Position numbers and translations under genes: made by a program | Notes under the pieces: model-generated | Told to the model about the DNA's origin: nothing | Database searches by the model: none | Seen by the model: the letters and a program-made list of their open reading frames with translations, nothing else | Assembly (NCBI GenBank): GCA_001761425.1 | Contig: CP012986.1 | Span: forward strand, 810,001-842,000 | Length of the DNA stretch: 32,000 bases | Source: Candidatus Saccharimonadota bacterium | GTDB taxonomy: Archaea; Nanohalarchaeota; Nanosalinia; Nanosalinales; Nanosalinaceae | Reading direction: 5' to 3' | Shown here: positions 9,167-17,281 of the stretch, piece after piece | Position numbering within the stretch: the first letter of the stretch is position 1 | How the letters are laid out: every line of letters begins with the position of its first letter

Positions 9167-9271
9167 TTTTTCTGCCCACAGAAAATCTGGAATACTTCAA
9201 GGTTATCTTATCGGTCCGGAAGGCCTGTCTCTAAGAGGGGAAAAAGTGTAGAAAGCAGGGCCTGGAATAAA

Positions 9272-9278
9272 GTTTTTT
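9272..9278 (+). terminator. Oligo-T tract ending the putative 8.9-9.28 kb plus-strand transcript
   Basis: A T7 run sits immediately before the convergent tRNA gene. Confidence 0.35.
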
Positions 9279-9295
9279 TGGAGAGTACGGATGGT

Positions 9296-9385
9296 TCGCC
9301 GGCGCTCGGATTTGAACCGAGGAGGGACGGGTATGTCCCAGCAGATCTCGAATCTGCCGCAATCAGCCAGACTCTGCCACGCCGG
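9296..9385 (-). tRNA. tRNA-Ser (anticodon CGA), type II with a long variable arm; CCA not encoded
   Basis: The reverse complement folds by hand. Acceptor GCCGGCG/CGCCGGC, D stem GCAG/UUGC, anticodon stem GCAGA/UCUGC with loop UUCGAGA (CGA). Variable arm GGGAC-AUACCC-GUCCC, T arm CUCGG-UUCAAAU-CCGAG, discriminator G. Confidence 0.9.
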
Positions 9386-9484
9386 CTAGGCCTTGTGTTT
9401 TTACAAGGAGTTGTGTAATCGTTAAAAGCGGTTTGTTTTCAGCGGTTAACTGTATAAGGTTTTCCGATGTGATAGGTTTTTACG

Positions 9485-10162
9485 ATGGAGTTCAACTCTG
9501 TAGTTTTTGATATGGACGGGGTGATTTTAAACTCGCTTGTCGATCGTGAGGGCTGGAAGTACGAGGCTGTGAACAAGGCCTTGAAGAGCGAGGGCGTTGA
9601 CCCTGAGAGCCTGGATAGGGAGAAGAAGGATTCTCTTCTGGGAGATCAGGGTTATGCTGACTGTGTCAGTACTTCTAAAGAGGTTGGAGTTAATCCGCGG
9701 AAGGTATGGACCGAGGTAGCAGAAAAGACAACTCTGGCACGTGAGAAACAGCTTGAGAACGGCCAGTTCGAGCTTTACGAAGGTGCGAGAGAGAGTATCA
9801 GGGCTCTGCATGACAGAGATATTAAGATGGGTATCATCAGCAATGCTCCTGAAATGGCTGTCGAGCTGACAATCGAACACTTCGACTTAAAGCGGTTTTT
9901 CAAGTTTTACGCAGGAGTGAGAAACTTCGAGGACCTGAGAGCGCGCAAGCCTCATCCTAACCATCTGGAGATGGCGAAGGCTGAACTAAAACGTGATCCG
10001 TTCGTATACATCGGTGACCACAGAAGCGATCTTGTCGCAGCTCAGCGTGCTAACATGAGTTCTATCTGGGTGAAGAGGAATAAGGCCTCGATGGACGTGG
10101 ACCCAGATTTCACTGTCAAAGATATTTCAAGAATCAGGGAGATCGTACTGGAAAACACGTGA
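9485..10162 (+). CDS. HAD-superfamily hydrolase (subfamily IA, phosphoglycolate-phosphatase-like)
   Basis: Motif I 'VVFDMDGVILNS', motif II 'GIISNAP', motif III 'RKPHP', motif IV 'YIGDHRSDLVAA'. Confidence 0.85.
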   Translation: MEFNSVVFDMDGVILNSLVDREGWKYEAVNKALKSEGVDPESLDREKKDSLLGDQGYADCVSTSKEVGVNPRKVWTEVAEKTTLAREKQLENGQFELYEGARESIRALHDRDIKMGIISNAPEMAVELTIEHFDLKRFFKFYAGVRNFEDLRARKPHPNHLEMAKAELKRDPFVYIGDHRSDLVAAQRANMSSIWVKRNKASMDVDPDFTVKDISRIREIVLENT

Positions 10163-10212
10163 TTGTTGTCATCGAATAGTGTAAAAAGTTTTACTGTATT
10201 ATTTACTGTTAT

Positions 10213-10869
10213 ATGTCTGCATCATCTGAAAGCCAGGGTTCTGCAAATCTACCGGAGCTCTTCCAAGGCCTGAGAAGGAGTCCAGAGGAAGATGAAAGCT
10301 CTGACGACGCAGATTCAGAGGAGGATTCCAAGACTGAGGAGCTGGAGATCTATGATTTTGCAGAGGAGACAGATTATTCGACTGGCGATCTGAGGCCTGC
10401 TTATGATGTTCTTGAGGGAAGTTACTGGATCGATGAGGAGAACGAAAACGTTGTCGTTGCCGACTCCTCCTGGAACCAGATTGAGGAGATCCTGGAACAG
10501 GAGGCCTCAGAAGAGACAGATGAGGACGGAGGTTGGTATGACCGTGTCAGCAGTTACCTTATGGATCACGACCAGAAGTACGTGGGGGGAGGCCTGATCG
10601 GTATGGGTTCAGGCCTTTTATCCGGAGCTTTGGGTTACGGCCTTGCTGCGGATGTTCTACTGACAGGAGGTGCCGGAGCCTTTGGCTGGGGCCTGGGAGG
10701 AATGATCGGTGAGTACTTTTTTGGCGAAGAAGAGAAAGAAGAGTCGGAGGACGATGCAGGTTACGACAGCGAGTTAGCAGAGTACTCGGACTGGGATGTA
10801 GAGGTCCTCAAAATGCGGGAGTGCGGAGAGGCACTCAGGAAACAGAGGCAGGAAAATCGGTGGGCCTGA
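10213..10869 (+). CDS. Hypothetical acidic protein with a Gly-rich hydrophobic segment
   Basis: 218 aa. 'GGGLIGMGSGLLSGALGYGLAADVLLTGGAGAFGWGLGGMIGEYFF' is flanked by E/D-rich regions. ATG start. Confidence 0.7.
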   Translation: MSASSESQGSANLPELFQGLRRSPEEDESSDDADSEEDSKTEELEIYDFAEETDYSTGDLRPAYDVLEGSYWIDEENENVVVADSSWNQIEEILEQEASEETDEDGGWYDRVSSYLMDHDQKYVGGGLIGMGSGLLSGALGYGLAADVLLTGGAGAFGWGLGGMIGEYFFGEEEKEESEDDAGYDSELAEYSDWDVEVLKMRECGEALRKQRQENRWA

Positions 10870-10908
10870 TGTTTGTTCTTAAAAACTTCACTTTTTCATT
10901 CAGTTTTT

Positions 10909-11898
10909 ATGACAGATGAAACCTGTAGTAAGTGCGACCAGGATGCGGTTATAAACAGAGAATACGAGGGCCGTAGCCTCTGCAGGAAACATTTCAGTAT
11001 AGACGTGAACAAGCAGGTGAAACAGACCGTTAGAGAGGGAGACCTCGTTAACTCCGGCGATACAATCGCTGTAGGCCTCTCAGGAGGGAAGGACTCGGCC
11101 GTCCTTCTCGAACAGTTGGTGGATATATTCGGCGAGAGGCCTGATATCGAGATCGTCGGCGTCTCAGTGCATGAAGGTATCGATGAGTACAGGGATGAGT
11201 CTATATCTGCTGCTGAAGAACTCTGCGATGATCTAGGTGTAGAATTACATGTCGGAAGGTACGAGGACTACTACGACCTGAAAATGGATGATGTGGCGGA
11301 TGCTGGAGCGCGCGGAAACTGTACTTACTGCGGGATCTTCCGCAGAGACCTTCTCAACAAGTTATGCCGTGAAGTGGATGCAGACAAGATGGCTATAGGC
11401 CATAACTTGGATGATGAAGCCCAAAGCATCATGATGAACCATATCAAAGGCGATATGAAACGGCTGTCACGTATAGGGCCTAAAGACGATCCAGCAGATC
11501 ACGAGATGTTCGTCGAGAGGATAAAGCCTCTGCGTGATGTGATGGAAAAGGAGATAGCATTGTACTCTCGTATCCATGACCTTGGGGTTATCGATAGATG
11601 TCCACACGTACAGGAATCGACTTTGAGGCCTATGGTAAAGAGCTTTCTGAATAAGCTGGAGTCCCAGATGCCTGGAATTAAGTATTCGATCGTTTCACAG
11701 GGAAGAGAGATTTCAGACATGGTCGAGGAGGAGATCGACTGGGAACAGGAGGATTCGATCCAGAGATGTGAAAGATGCGGGGAACCATGTTCTGGAGGCG
11801 TCTGCAGGAAATGCCAGCTCTTGAAAGATATCAAAAAGGCTGCTGATGAGTCAGAGGACCACGATTTCGAATACAAAGAGGAGAAAGAGACTATCTGA
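10909..11898 (+). CDS. ncsA: tRNA 2-thiolation PP-loop ATPase (NcsA/Ncs6/TtuA family)
   Basis: N-terminal zinc finger 'CSKCDQ...CRKH', PP-loop 'GLSGGKDSAVLL', C-terminal 'CERCGEPCSGGVCRKCQ'. The ORF track starts at TTG 10873. ATG 10909 (MTDETCSKC) is preferred. Confidence 0.8.
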   Translation: MTDETCSKCDQDAVINREYEGRSLCRKHFSIDVNKQVKQTVREGDLVNSGDTIAVGLSGGKDSAVLLEQLVDIFGERPDIEIVGVSVHEGIDEYRDESISAAEELCDDLGVELHVGRYEDYYDLKMDDVADAGARGNCTYCGIFRRDLLNKLCREVDADKMAIGHNLDDEAQSIMMNHIKGDMKRLSRIGPKDDPADHEMFVERIKPLRDVMEKEIALYSRIHDLGVIDRCPHVQESTLRPMVKSFLNKLESQMPGIKYSIVSQGREISDMVEEEIDWEQEDSIQRCERCGEPCSGGVCRKCQLLKDIKKAADESEDHDFEYKEEKETI

Positions 11899-12646
11899 CT
11901 GCTCTGAAGTTTTCCAGCGAGTTTCTTACCAGGTAATCCTTCTTTTCCTCATGTTCTGGGGCCTCAGAGATTTCTTCGCGAAGCCTTCTTTGGAGGCCTT
12001 CTAGCTGTATTTCCTCTGCCATCTCCTCGATTTTTCTCTCAAAGCTTTCTTCATCGAAATCCCAGTTGAAATGGCCGTAGACCTCTTCAGCATAATCTCT
12101 GGCCTGTTTGAAGGCCTTTTCTGCCTGTACGCCTGTTTTGTCGAAGTCTATCGGTGCGCCAGAGTTTTCAGTCACTACGATGTTTGGAGGGATGTCTGAG
12201 TCTCCGAGAAAGTACTTGAGGCCTATCGCCCTGTCTACTTTTTCCTTCTCTCCTTCAAGTTCATAGCCCAGAACGTGTTTCGCCATTTTATATGCGGAAC
12301 TTGCGCGGTAATCGTTGCTTGGGACACCAGGCACTTCCTCAATAAGGATTTTACCGTCTTCCCGGTCGTAGAGTACGTCAGGGCCTTCGACGTTCAGTTC
12401 ATCTATCAGGACTTCAGCCATCAAAGCTCCTGAAACATTTACAGCCGGGTTATCTTCATCCTGGACGTAGAAGGCCTTTGAACCGATGAAGCCGACTTCT
12501 GTGTGTCTGGAATATTTTCCAGGCTCTATCAGCTTTCCTTCAGTATATTCATGTATGCTCTGGAGGCCTCTGAGATCGCGGTAGCTGGGAGTGTAGTCAA
12601 AATCTTTTTCCAGGCCTTCTGCTGTTATGTGTGTTTCAGCTGTCAC
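11891..12646 (-). CDS. Hypothetical acidic protein
   Basis: 251 aa with a GVG-free, GTG start and no recognised motif. Its 3' end overlaps the ncsA 3' end by 8 nt (convergent). Confidence 0.65.
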   Translation of the reverse strand: MTAETHITAEGLEKDFDYTPSYRDLRGLQSIHEYTEGKLIEPGKYSRHTEVGFIGSKAFYVQDEDNPAVNVSGALMAEVLIDELNVEGPDVLYDREDGKILIEEVPGVPSNDYRASSAYKMAKHVLGYELEGEKEKVDRAIGLKYFLGDSDIPPNIVVTENSGAPIDFDKTGVQAEKAFKQARDYAEEVYGHFNWDFDEESFERKIEEMAEEIQLEGLQRRLREEISEAPEHEEKKDYLVRNSLENFRAVR

Positions 12647-12742
12647 CGGTTACGTTGTTTGAGTGAACCTTTTTGTGGCTTCTTAGTTAGGAGGTGTTAG
12701 AGTTTTAAAGAAGAAGGTATTACCTTGTATTATCCGATATTC

Positions 12743-13705
12743 ATGAAAGCTATTGTTCTTGCCGGCGGTCATGCTACACGTCTCTGGCCTATTACTAAAA
12801 ACCGTGCCAAGCCTCTGCTTCCTCTCGGGGAAAGGCCTATCATTGATTATATCATCGATGATATGGACGATGTTGATGATATTATAATCTCTACTAATGA
12901 GAAGTTTGCCGGCGACTTCGAGGATTACATAGATAATTACGACCGGGATAATGTCCGTGTTGTTGTCGAGGAACAGGACTCCGAGGAGGAAAAACCGGGT
13001 ACTATCGGTGCCATAATCAAACTGCTTGATAAGGAGGGTATTGAGGACGATCTTGTTGTAATTGGCGGGGATAATTACTACAGCTTTGATATAGCTGACT
13101 TCATCGATTTTGCACAGGAGAAGGAGTCGCCTGCGAACGTTGTCTACGATGTTGAGGATAAGGATATGGCGACGAGTTTCGGTATTGTGGATACTGAAGG
13201 AGATGAGATCACAGGTTTTGAGGAGAAACCTGATGTACCGCCTTCGACGCTTGCTTCGACTGCGTGTTACTTTTTCCCGGAGGATGAGGTTTCGCTGTTC
13301 CACGAGTATGAAGACTATTTCAAACAGACTGATGTTCCTGCGGAGCAGTACCTTGATGAGCCAGGAAGACTGATCGAATGGGCGCACGAACAGACTCCGA
13401 TGTATGCGTTCAGCTTCACTGGCGACTGGTTCGACATCGGAACACCGGAAGGCTATATCAGTGCAATGGATGAACTAATGGACACCGACATCGTAAACGG
13501 GAAAACAGAGGACTCCAGGATCGGAAAAAACGTCTTCATAATGGAAGGTGCAGAAATCGAAAACTCAACTGTGAAAAACTCTATCATCTTCCCGGAGGCA
13601 GAGATCAAGGACTCAGAGATCAGAAGCTCGATCATAGACTGCGATACGGACATAAGGGACACAGAGCTAAACGACGCCATCATCGGCAAACACACCTCCC
13701 TCTGA
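12743..13705 (+). CDS. Sugar-phosphate nucleotidyltransferase (glucose-1-phosphate thymidylyl/uridylyltransferase-like) with a C-terminal hexapeptide-repeat region
   Basis: 'MKAIVLAGGHATRLWPITKNRAKPLLPLGERPIIDY' is the NTP_transferase signature G-x-G-x-R-L. The C-terminus shows left-handed beta-helix-like repeats (IGKNVFIMEGAEIENSTVKNSIIFPEAEIKDSEIRSSII). ATG 12743 is preferred over TTG 12725. Confidence 0.85.
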   Translation: MKAIVLAGGHATRLWPITKNRAKPLLPLGERPIIDYIIDDMDDVDDIIISTNEKFAGDFEDYIDNYDRDNVRVVVEEQDSEEEKPGTIGAIIKLLDKEGIEDDLVVIGGDNYYSFDIADFIDFAQEKESPANVVYDVEDKDMATSFGIVDTEGDEITGFEEKPDVPPSTLASTACYFFPEDEVSLFHEYEDYFKQTDVPAEQYLDEPGRLIEWAHEQTPMYAFSFTGDWFDIGTPEGYISAMDELMDTDIVNGKTEDSRIGKNVFIMEGAEIENSTVKNSIIFPEAEIKDSEIRSSIIDCDTDIRDTELNDAIIGKHTSL

Positions 13706-13727
13706 AAAGGCCTCCACACCGTATTCC

Positions 13728-14657
13728 TTATTTTTGTTCAGGACCGACAGGCTCCGGCGCCAGCTCCTCCGCAAACTCCTCAGCATCCTCGTACTCATCT
13801 TCATAATCGTCTTCAAAATCCTCCACAGCCCTGTCAGGCAGGAAATCCTCATCCAAATCCACAGCACCGTAGCCATCCTGATACTGCTCGAAATCCAGCT
13901 CCTCTACCTCAACCTCGTCAAGGCCTTCGTAAAGATCCCCCAGATACTGATCCGCAACCTCCTTACCATAGACCTCCGCACCTTCACCTGATACAGCGAT
14001 GGAGTAATCTTCACCCAGGAACTCGCCGTACTCGAAGTAAAGGCCTTCCTCAGCTTCTACACCGTAGATCTCTCTACCTGCGTCTTCGTCTATAACATCT
14101 CTTCTGAACTCCTCTATCTCGCCCGCTAACTCGCTTTCCGGGTCAAGGCCTTTATTCCTCCATCTGTCGCGAGTATCTCTTGTCTCATATCTCCTGAAAT
14201 AATCTCCTACGTTCGAATCGTTCAGCTCCGCCGCCAGGGCCTGGACTATACCTTCGGTTGAGTCTATACCTCCATAGCTGAAAGCTGTCACCAGATCATC
14301 TTCAAACTCTTTGCTGATCCCTTTCCTGTATCTGAGTTCTGGCATCAAACGATCCTTGCCTTCCAGTCCATGCATTGATTCATGGAAAAGAACCTCGTCC
14401 TGTTTCCCCGGATCTAGATAGAAAAAAGTATCGTTCAGCTTCAGCAAGGCCTCCGGTTCTTCATCTATAAGTTCTCCTATCATCAGCTGGTAGTCATCGA
14501 ACTTTGTCGCAGCCGGAACATTTGTTGGAAGCGAAGAATCTGTCTCGATCCTGTCAAAGGCCTCTGATACGTTAAGACCTGCTTTTTGTTCAAGTTCTTC
14601 GAGCCTGTCCCAGGTTTTCTGCTCTCTTTCCTTGCTTTTACCAGGAGCTACAGACAT
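13728..14657 (-). CDS. Hypothetical acidic protein with an HExxH motif (putative zinc metallopeptidase-like)
   Basis: 309 aa. It has 'VLFHESMHGLEG' and a highly acidic C-terminus. Its ATG (14655-14657) lies 1 nt after the riboflavin synthase stop. Confidence 0.7.
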   Translation of the reverse strand: MSVAPGKSKEREQKTWDRLEELEQKAGLNVSEAFDRIETDSSLPTNVPAATKFDDYQLMIGELIDEEPEALLKLNDTFFYLDPGKQDEVLFHESMHGLEGKDRLMPELRYRKGISKEFEDDLVTAFSYGGIDSTEGIVQALAAELNDSNVGDYFRRYETRDTRDRWRNKGLDPESELAGEIEEFRRDVIDEDAGREIYGVEAEEGLYFEYGEFLGEDYSIAVSGEGAEVYGKEVADQYLGDLYEGLDEVEVEELDFEQYQDGYGAVDLDEDFLPDRAVEDFEDDYEDEYEDAEEFAEELAPEPVGPEQK

Positions 14658-14658
14658 T

Positions 14659-15255
14659 TTATCGGGCCTCTCTGTCTATCATTTTTTCTGCGTAACGTGC
14701 CATGACGTCGGTTTCAATGTTTACATGATCGCCTTCCTTCTTCTCTGAGAAATTGGTTTTCTTCCAGGTCTCCGGTATTACTGTGACCGAGAAACTTTTC
14801 TCCGTGACTTCTGTCAGTGTCAAACTTATGCCCTCGACGGCGATGAAACCTTTGTTTACAACATAGTTTTCAAGGCCTTCTGGCATGGAAAATGTCATGT
14901 TCCAGCCTTTCTCAAGCTCCTCTATATTTTTTACTTCGACACAGGCCTCCACATGACCCTGGACGACATGGCCTCCCATACGGTCCTCCGCTTTCAAAGC
15001 TTTTTCCAGGTTAACCTTCTGCCCCTTTGACAGGTTTGAGAACCAGGTCTTTTCCAGTGTCTCTTCTGCGAGGAAAAACTCTGCTCTGGTCTCTGTAAAA
15101 CTTTCTACCGTCAGGCATACTCCTGACACGTTTATCGAGTCTCCTATCCTGTCCTCGTCAAAGAAGGTTCCTGCCTCTATAACTATCCTGAGGCCTTCTC
15201 CGGCTTCCCTGAGTTCTGCTATTTTCCCTGTTGCCTGTACAAGGCCTGTGAACAT
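14659..15255 (-). CDS. ribE: Riboflavin synthase (bacterial/eukaryotic-type alpha chain)
   Basis: 'MFTGLVQATGKI' is the N-terminal signature and 'GDSINVSGVCLTV' is also present. An internal second barrel repeat shows as 'HVVQGHVEACVEV...GFIAVEGISLTL'. The track start, TTG 15303, is probably too long; ATG 15253-15255 is preferred. Confidence 0.85.
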   Translation of the reverse strand: MFTGLVQATGKIAELREAGEGLRIVIEAGTFFDEDRIGDSINVSGVCLTVESFTETRAEFFLAEETLEKTWFSNLSKGQKVNLEKALKAEDRMGGHVVQGHVEACVEVKNIEELEKGWNMTFSMPEGLENYVVNKGFIAVEGISLTLTEVTEKSFSVTVIPETWKKTNFSEKKEGDHVNIETDVMARYAEKMIDREAR

Positions 15256-15328
15256 AGAAAAGTTTTTTGAGCCAATTTTTTTATCAGCAGTACCTTTTTT
15301 CAACAGAGGCCTCTAACCTGTTTTCATT

Positions 15329-16195
15329 ATGGAAGATGCTGCGGATAAGGCCTCAGATTTCTACATGGATCTGTTTACTTTTGAATGGCAGAAACTGGTT
15401 TTACCTTTCCTCATGGTTTTGATACTTTCTGCCAGTGCTTTCTCCACCATAGATCTTAAACAGGGAGACAGAAGCAGCAAGATCGTCGAGTTAAGCATCG
15501 AAACCACTTCAAACCTTTCCGAGGCCTCCATAAGGACCACATACTTCAACGATACAGTTAACCGATCTTTTGAAAATCTTTCACGTGAGATAGATGACAG
15601 AGCCGACAAAAGGATGAAAGAACTGACCTCAGGCAGTTACAGGTATAAGCTCTCTATCGCAGGTCTTCAAAACCTAGGATTCTTCCCTTACACTCCGGAA
15701 CATAAGATTCCTCTACGTATGTCGGAGAAAGATTACCTGACAGCTCTGGCAGAAATTAAATACAGGCGGGAACAGTCCAAGCTCCTGTGGGAAAGGCTTA
15801 ACTCCTCTGAAAACATTACTCTGGAAGAGTTCGAGTCTGAGTTTGACCGTATAGAAAATGTTGACTGGAAAAGCGAAGAGGTCAAGGCCTACCTGAGAAA
15901 TTACTCCCGGCCGGAGGAATCAGTTGGATTCGAAAGCAAAGAACTTACCCGGGATGCGAGACAGAAGGTTATCGACGAGGAATTCGACCAGCTTTCGTTC
16001 ACAGATTATATACCGGGATTAATTGCTACGTTCATGATCTATTTCGTGGTCAGTGCTGTAGCAGTTGAGTCAGTAAGAAAAGCTGTAAGACAGTTCAAGG
16101 CCTCCAGAGAAAGAAGAGAGGTTAAAGCCTCTGGAAAAGGCGAGGACTCGAAGAATGAAGAAAAAGCTGAAGAAAACAAAGAAGACAAGAGATAG
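15329..16195 (+). CDS. Hypothetical membrane protein (N- and C-terminal TM segments), paralog 1 of a tandem pair
   Basis: 288 aa. TM segments 'LVLPFLMVLILSASAFSTI' and 'IPGLIATFMIYFVVSAVAV', with a K/E-rich tail. It is similar to the next gene. Confidence 0.75.
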   Translation: MEDAADKASDFYMDLFTFEWQKLVLPFLMVLILSASAFSTIDLKQGDRSSKIVELSIETTSNLSEASIRTTYFNDTVNRSFENLSREIDDRADKRMKELTSGSYRYKLSIAGLQNLGFFPYTPEHKIPLRMSEKDYLTALAEIKYRREQSKLLWERLNSSENITLEEFESEFDRIENVDWKSEEVKAYLRNYSRPEESVGFESKELTRDARQKVIDEEFDQLSFTDYIPGLIATFMIYFVVSAVAVESVRKAVRQFKASRERREVKASGKGEDSKNEEKAEENKEDKR

Positions 16196-16209
16196 ATTTT
16201 TCCAAATCC

Positions 16210-17004
16210 ATGGATCTGAAAACGGGTTTTCTGGCCTCGAAGGATTTTCTGAAAAGGGCTTTGAGGCCTGATGACTTCGAAAAGTTTGTTCTACCTGTTC
16301 TGATGTCGCTTCTTCTAATCCTCGGTGTTTACTCAACCTTCGATCTTCAGAGTAGCTACGGACAGAGATCGCTGAACTTCACCCTTGAGAGTCTGACCGA
16401 GAGACAGATCCTCCAGGTCCAGGACAGAAAATTTCCAGAGACAATGGACAGGCCTCTTGAAACTGCTCTGAGCGAGAAAGACACAGAGTTAAGAAACGAG
16501 ATCAACAGTATGAGGTCAAAACCGCTGTTTATGGCGAAAGGCCTTCTTTCCCGCATGATCTTTGATAGCGGAGTTTTTCCACTGATCCCTGACAGGATGC
16601 TGGCTCCCTGGAACCCTGAAAAAAGCTATGTCCGGGCTTTAGGCCTTCTCAGGTTCAGGACGGACAGGATCTCGGAGCTAGCCGAGAAAGACGATAATTA
16701 CAGTTATTCCGAATTCCAGGCAGATGTCGGAGAAATCCGTTCAGTAAGCTTTGAAGACGAAGAAGTTAGGGCCTTCCTGGAAAACTCCAGTTCTGGGACC
16801 GGTGTTACCCTTAGCTTTATGGATGACGTGTCTCCGGAACAGGTTATGTCCGACGGCATTGATTCTGTCAGTTTCCGGGATTTCCTGCCTTCTTTCCTCG
16901 CTACCTTCCTGATCTACTACATTCTTGGAGCTGTATCCGTCCAGGGTAACAAAGAGCTTGTCAACAAAATCTTTGGAGACGACCGGGAAAGGCCTGTCCA
17001 GTGA
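16210..17004 (+). CDS. Hypothetical membrane protein, paralog 2 of the tandem pair
   Basis: 264 aa. Shared blocks with 15329-16195: 'FEKFVLPVLMSLLLILGVYSTFDLQ' vs 'FEWQKLVLPFLMVLILSASAFSTIDLK', 'EEVRAFLENSS' vs 'EEVKAYLRNYS', and 'SFRDFLPSFLATFLIYYILGAVSVQ' vs 'SFTDYIPGLIATFMIYFVVSAVAVE'. Confidence 0.75.
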   Translation: MDLKTGFLASKDFLKRALRPDDFEKFVLPVLMSLLLILGVYSTFDLQSSYGQRSLNFTLESLTERQILQVQDRKFPETMDRPLETALSEKDTELRNEINSMRSKPLFMAKGLLSRMIFDSGVFPLIPDRMLAPWNPEKSYVRALGLLRFRTDRISELAEKDDNYSYSEFQADVGEIRSVSFEDEEVRAFLENSSSGTGVTLSFMDDVSPEQVMSDGIDSVSFRDFLPSFLATFLIYYILGAVSVQGNKELVNKIFGDDRERPVQ

Positions 17005-17062
17005 ATTTTTTGAATTGAATGGGAAAAGGGAGAATATGTGGGAGAGGGGAGGGATGGAGTGT

Positions 17063-17070
17063 ATAAAAAC
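17063..17070 (-). terminator. Oligo-T tract (TTTTTAT on the minus strand) just after the 5S rRNA 3' end
   Basis: Plus-strand 'tataaaaac' lies 3 nt beyond the helix I 3' strand. Confidence 0.5.
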
Positions 17071-17072
17071 AG

Positions 17073-17186
17073 TCCGGCAACGTCCTGTGAATCCCGCCGC
17101 AAGGCAGTACGACACAGATCGATGGAGGACTTAACTTCCGTGTTCGGAATGGGTACGGGTGTTGCCCCTCCTCTTTGGTCGCCGGT
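17073..17186 (-). rRNA. rrf: 5S ribosomal RNA (boundaries +/- a few nt)
   Basis: The reverse complement contains 'CCCGUACCCAUUCCGAACACGGAAGUUAAGUCCUCC', the universal 5S loop B/helix III-loop C core. Terminal helix I is CCGGCGAC/GUUGCCGG. The ORFs called here on both strands are artefacts. Confidence 0.9.
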
Positions 17187-17207
17187 AACCACAAAACATG
17201 GTGTAAG

Positions 17208-17216
17208 TTTTAAATA
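17208..17216 (-). promoter_or_regulatory. TATA box (TATTTAAAA on the minus strand) for the 5S rRNA gene
   Basis: It sits about 22-25 nt upstream of the inferred 5S 5' end. Confidence 0.5.
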
Positions 17217-17248
17217 CCTATAGCAGACGTGATTTTCAGATTCACAGG

Positions 17249-17258
17249 TTATTTATTA
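17249..17258 (+). promoter_or_regulatory. TATA-like box (ttatttatta) for the small membrane protein gene
   Basis: It is centred about 28 nt upstream of ATG 17282 and is divergent from the 5S promoter. Confidence 0.4.
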
Positions 17259-17281
17259 GACCAGCCCAAAAATCGTGCTAT

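Noticed and set aside
8904-9200. A 98-aa minus-strand ORF in the 8.7-9.3 kb gap.
   Set aside because: It is strongly basic (K/R-rich) with no promoter geometry. It is antisense to a better-looking hydrophobic frame and to a plus-strand TATA-to-T-run unit.
9213-9223. GGTCCGGAAGG resembles the apical GGAA tetraloop region of SRP RNA helix 8. The hairpin at 17738-17758 also contains GGAAGCAG.
   Set aside because: Neither site has the full helix 8 motif (asymmetric/symmetric loops with AGCA after the tetraloop stem), nor the flanking helices expected of a roughly 300-nt archaeal SRP RNA. A covariance-model scan would be needed.
9296-9385. The tRNA-Ser gene as an integration site (att) for a mobile element.
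   Set aside because: No integrase was found, and I saw no duplicated copy of the tRNA 3' half elsewhere in the window. The adjacent genes are ordinary (HAD hydrolase).
10873-10908. N-terminal extensions in the ORF track that begin at TTG or GTG (10873, 12725, 15303, 19873, 20502, 29193, 7174, 24311).
   Set aside because: In each case an in-frame ATG a few codons downstream coincides with the conserved family N-terminus (for example MFTGLV for RibE, MKAIVLAGG for the nucleotidyltransferase) or with a signal/TM start. The extensions are basic or hydrophobic junk, or overlap the upstream gene.
12683-13387. A 234-aa minus-strand ORF overlapping the sugar nucleotidyltransferase gene.
   Set aside because: It is Ile/Arg/Asn-rich low-complexity translation, antisense to a gene with a clear NTP_transferase signature.
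16917-17223. Four overlapping ORFs on both strands (16917-17192, 16961-17194, 16925-17134, 17038-17223).
   Set aside because: They lie on the 5S rRNA gene and its flanks, and the RNA gene explains the region.
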